DNA of 64,000 bases. Source: an uncultured Acidimicrobiaceae bacterium (lineage in GTDB: Bacteria > Actinomycetota > Acidimicrobiia > Acidimicrobiales > Bog-793). Positions 63,955-64,000 of this stretch are shown here, piece by piece (position 1 is the stretch's first letter; every line of letters begins with the position of its first letter). The notes under the pieces were generated by a model. The model saw nothing but the letters and a program-made list of their open reading frames with translations, had not been told where the DNA came from and made no database searches. The stretch lies in NCBI GenBank assembly GCA_963804265.1, contig CAWDPZ010000025.1, positions 44,869 to 108,868 on the forward strand, given 5' to 3'. The position numbers and the translations under genes were made by a program.

Positions 63955-64000
63955 ATGACCCGTAGTCGCGCCCTGTTGGTCGTGGCAGTCCTGCTCGGCG
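63955..64000 (+). CDS. Start of a secreted or membrane protein, truncated by the window edge
   Basis: RBS AAAGG then MTRSRALLVVAVLLG. Confidence 0.5.
   Translation, partial: MTRSRALLVVAVLLG

Overview
This is a high-GC actinobacterial window, probably class Acidimicrobiia, judged from the GYWLV-type surface repeats, mycobacterial-type AhpC/AhpD, MscR and F420-type LLM enzymes. About half of the ~52 genes carry apparent small indels. These are best explained as uncorrected long-read errors, so several long fused ORFs in the six-frame track are artefacts. Contents in order: (1) 96-12359, minus strand: a GntR-associated catabolic cluster with an amidohydrolase, a ThiY/NMT1-type ABC importer, two M20 hydrolases, a split B12-dependent acyl-CoA mutase, a family III CoA-transferase, a Mer-like LLM oxidoreductase and an epimerase-like VOC protein. 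Several active sites are non-canonical and an operator-like motif recurs at three sites. (2) A YoaK protein and a liu-like leucine/isovalerate catabolic cluster with a LiuR-like palindrome. (3) DUF4242 and a methyltransferase. (4) A reductive pyrimidine module with an LLM oxidoreductase and no PreTA. (5) mscR. (6) TetR/MFS and a heterodimeric ABC exporter. (7) An ABC transporter with a DesK/DesR-like two-component system. (8) A Liv-type ABC importer with an oversized LivM. (9) RsbW/SigB-like genes. (10) A very large S53 protease. (11) ahpC-ahpD. (12) A fungal-type galactose oxidase with a LamG tail. (13) An AsnB plus CofE-like ligase pair. (14) A lipoprotein, a P-loop kinase, and a TPP riboswitch in front of an Opp/Dpp-family ABC transporter. 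The best candidates for undescribed systems are the B12 mutase cluster, the TPP-controlled peptide-type transporter and the AsnB/CofE-like pair. I saw no rRNA, tRNA, CRISPR array or mobile element.
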